Source: Patellaria atrata CBS 101060
Lineage: Eukaryota
NCBI GenBank assembly: GCA_010093705.1
Contig: MU006095.1
Coordinates: forward strand, 806,001 to 870,000
Direction: 5' to 3'
Length of the DNA: 64,000 nt
In this document: positions 63,636-64,000 of the stretch, in pieces
How positions within the stretch are numbered: position 1 is the first letter of the stretch
Layout of the letters: each line of letters starts with the position of its first letter
The notes under the pieces: model-generated
The model's database searches: none
Seen by the model: only the letters and a program-made list of their open reading frames with translations
Told to the model about the DNA's origin: nothing
Translations under genes and position numbers: made by a program

Positions 63636-64000
63636 TGTAAAATGTTATGAATCAATAGTTTGGATTAAATGTTCACGAACAAGTACTATTAAATTACTTC
63701 AAGGAGTTTTATACACATTAAACGAGAGATCTTCATAGAAACGGCCCAATAGGAAGCGTTGTGCATGTCATTCTGCGTGCTCGACTAGCGTCGCCGACAA
63801 GAGAAAATTCATTTGAAAACAGCGAGGACAAAATACCTTTATCAGCATCCCCAAAGCCACTATCGAAAGGTATCGAACCTCTTTTGAGAGTACATGGTCA
63901 AATACAAGAAGACTATTTGTTTATCTCAAGATTGAAAGCTTCAACTGCCATTAGTAACGAATACTAGACGTTCAGTAATTCGGTTTATCGGTGAGAACGT

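Overview
Eukaryotic (filamentous ascomycete, Pezizomycotina; probably Dothideomycetes judging by the Lae1-type sequence) chromosomal window with short GT-AG introns. About 15 protein genes can be supported. In order: a probable SWR1 5' end (runs off the left edge), complex I ASHI/NDUFB8 subunit, HRD3/SEL1, an MFS transporter, an arrestin-like adaptor, the SFP1 zinc-finger regulator, a Zn2Cys6 transcription factor, an uncharacterised helical protein, a short/branched-chain acyl-CoA dehydrogenase, the LaeA/Lae1 methyltransferase, an 853-aa hypothetical, a Tfb6-like protein, a hybrid histidine kinase, a PTH11/rhodopsin-domain membrane protein, an F-box protein and an ACR3 arsenite exporter. I found no rRNA, tRNA, CRISPR array or intact transposon. 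The most interesting signals are regulatory. SFP1 has a 110-codon, AUG-free, in-frame 5' extension with a CUG in strong context. An ~11 kb gene-free region upstream of laeA contains a 42-bp-stem hairpin whose mismatches become G-U pairs on the laeA strand. uORF-like elements lie before laeA and the histidine kinase, and C-rich-to-G-rich strand-skew flips recur across the window. Product calls come from motif recognition by eye, not database searches, and exon boundaries are manual.
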